From positions 1 through 40,463 of the forward strand of contig JAQGDQ010001450.1 of the NCBI GenBank assembly GCA_030141605.1: a stretch of DNA of 40,463 bases, in the 5' to 3' direction. This document shows, in pieces, positions 37,854-40,463 of this stretch; the first letter of the stretch is position 1; the number at the start of each line of letters is the position of its first letter. Source of the DNA: Tubiluchus corallicola (taxonomy: Eukaryota; Animalia; Priapulida). The notes beneath the pieces were generated by a model. The model ran no database searches and was not told the origin of the DNA. It saw only the letters and a program-made list of their open reading frames with translations. Made by a program: the position numbers and the translations under genes.

Positions 37854-38679
37854 TAGTATAGCCTGAATATGTAATAAGAATGAGAGTGTACGCAAAACAT
37901 GAAGAAAAGATACTAGACATAATTATAATCCTGTTACAGTCTCGTTTAGGTGAGAAAAACTAGATGTTTAACACTTTTGCACATTTTCAAAAACGTTATA
38001 AGCACGTTTACACGACACTTGACAATAACTCTAGAAGCATGTAATAGTTACCACTAGACACGTACGCATCACGTCATTGTCCAATTTCCATTGCATTTGA
38101 TGAAGCCCGAGGCTGTTCATGTAGTTGTCCACTCCTTCGCATCCCACACGCAACTGCAGGCGTGGACGCGGCGTGGTCAGGCAGGCAATTTAGTCGTAAT
38201 TAAACGCGTTGGCAATTATCACCAAACGCCTAACCTTTCAGACCAGGTGACACCCGAGAATTCGAGGCTTCGCTAAGATTGATGGGGTGTTCGGTTGCAG
38301 TGTAAATCTGATTCTGGATTTCTTCGTGAGATGTGGGCAGTGTCTAAACTTCAATCTTGTACGCTTAAGCGCAACAGAAAGCAGAGAATGAGAGCAATTA
38401 GCACCTTTAATTAATTCTCACTATAGCATTAGTGGCAAGTTTTACCTTTTTGCCTTCCAGGTAAGGCGACAATAGTTATTATTGATTAAATGATTTGCCT
38501 TCTTATTTCATTATTGTGCGTTAGGAAAATTGACGTTGAGCAAGGGGATAGTGGGGCAAGTTGAATTACGGGAAAAGCAGGATTTCATTATTATTGTTTT
38601 AGCTAGTCGTAATCAAAACACTTGTCTGAGCAGACTTGATATAAAACACTGCATAATTATTGCTGGCGTGCTTATGTTT

Positions 38680-38810
38680 GTCATCGTTACCATCGTTATC
38701 ACCATTCTCATTGTCATCATCGTTGTAGTTATTGTCGTCATGATGATGATCATCATCATTGTCATACTCATTCTCATCATTATCATAGTTATCGTCATTT
38801 TGTTTTCATC
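38680..38810. repeat. Degenerate (ATC/GTC)n trinucleotide repeat
   Basis: Directly visible; source of the Ile-rich and Met-rich ORFs. Confidence 0.9.
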
Positions 38811-38841
38811 ATTACAATTGTTGTCAGTAATACCATCGCCG

Positions 38842-40463
38842 CTTAAGCAAAGACACTACTTTTATTCAGACACAAGCAATTAACAGCCGACACCCAATTA
38901 AGCAAAGACATTACTTTTATTCAGACACAAGCAATTAACAGCCGACACCCAATTAAGCAAAGACACTACTTTTATTCAGACACAACATCTGCAACGTTTC
39001 GACACAATTAAGGTCATGTTCACAAGTAATAAGTTTCTCAAGTAATAACACAGCACCTATCACCAATCAGTTTCTCATGCAATAACACGCAAGTGAACAT
39101 GACTTCTTTCACACAAACAGAAAAGAAAACATGAGAGCGACTGCTGCTCTCAGTGAGAATAATTTAATTTCGCTTCTTCACAATGTATGACGATAGCGAA
39201 AGTAGTAGAGCTTCATTTGTTCATAAAAAACTGCTCTCCTAAGCACGATCACATTATAGTTCATTTTTGTAGGTTTCTCACTCATTCGGCTTTCATGCAA
39301 GATTGTATGTGAAATGCTATTGCTTGCCTTAGACAAATTAAAAATCGATTTTTGATGAAAAAATGAAACAACTTTCAGTTACTGCAGTGTTTCCCAAGTT
39401 GCAATGTACAATATCACTTGTGTGAAATCGGCTAATACACAAATTTTCAACTTCCTGACACAACGCTCTGATGCACTTTGGCCTCAAATATACTCTATTT
39501 TTAAGGAGAAATTCCTGCTAAGAGATGAGATGACTTTAATTTGTCCGTAGCTGATCGGCTGATGCGATCAAAAAAGTAGTGTGTACGATCACCAGACTAA
39601 GATACTCGATAGGTTACGTTGGAGTGCCTAAAAAGGTGTATTCGAGATCACTTTATCCAATGAAATCACTTATAGATGCTTAAACAAATAGCATGATTGG
39701 ATAGTCGAAATTCTCTTGAATAGAACAGCACTTTTGTAATCATTTATTTATGTCTGTGCTCATTCAGTAGCAGACCAGTCATAGGTCTTATTTTGACTGG
39801 TTAGGTCCTGAAAGAGTTAGTTTGTCACTGAAGAAGTAACAGTAATTCAAGTTGCTTGAAGCCCGAGCTAATACCATTAGCTGGAAGCTTTTACCAAATT
39901 TGCGCCGTAAAAAAATCCGTCTCCGGACCATGAGCCCAGCAAATTTTTCGATTTCCTTAATATAGTTTATTCTGTTTTAATTCTCCGATTTCAACATTAC
40001 TTCTTTCTCCTTCTACCAAAATCAAGTGTCGTTCCAAAGTGCAGTCTCCCCAAGGTGTCTGGCCTGTCTTTTGTTGATTTCTGCTGTATTTTACACTGTT
40101 TTCGGTTTTTTTCAAACAAAAGCCACGCTTCACATCCATAAGTGGACAGTGGTCAGATCAGTGTCTTTACAAGTTGCTTTTTCAGCCGTTTTAGCTCTGA
40201 TTCACTTGTTGGCCATTTGTGAGCGTCGAACTTTCGCGTTAGCCATTCTGCTTCTTGCATCTTTCGACGTTTTCATTATTGATGAAATTGGAACAACTAA
40301 ACAGCTGGACTTGCTGGCTTTCTATATCATCGATGACAACAATTTTCCACTGTTTTTGTTCCTATTATGGTTACTTACTTTGGTCTTGCCACCGCAATAT
40401 TTACACAGTCTTTTATATGTAAACAAATTAGATAATTTTGCAACGGATGTTTTCCCTAGATAA
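38842..40463 (-). repeat. Right arm of large inverted duplication (runs off the window)
   Basis: Starts with ~2.5 inverted 55-bp satellite units, then mirrors 33347 back to 31877. Confidence 0.97.

Noticed and set aside
38530-38883. Ile/Val-rich transmembrane-looking ORF
   Set aside because: Derived from the degenerate ATC repeat running into satellite

Overview
AT-rich animal genomic DNA with spliceosomal introns, probably a lophotrochozoan invertebrate (inferred from the neuropeptide-like gene). Four protein genes are supported: the terminal exon of an ABCC/MRP transporter (+, 1967-2111), a complete 4-exon RPUSD1 pseudouridine synthase (-, 6895-11790), an intronless inducible-type cytosolic HSP70 (-, 13473-15422) with TATA box and three heat-shock elements, and a 3-exon secreted protein (-, 27201-36135) not assembled by the ORF track. 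That last gene has a six-Cys domain resembling small cardioactive peptide (sCAP) precursors but no canonical amidated peptide. Its exons 1-2 and promoter sit between the arms of a >=1.6 kb near-identical inverted duplication (31877-33489 vs 38842-window end), while exon 3 lies outside. The rest is MITEs (hAT-, Tc1/pogo-, nested Harbinger-like), a solo LTR with a 5-bp TSD, LINE relics, minisatellites with higher-order structure, microsatellites and a perfect 66-bp palindrome. All family assignments come from manual translation and recalled motifs; no searches were run.
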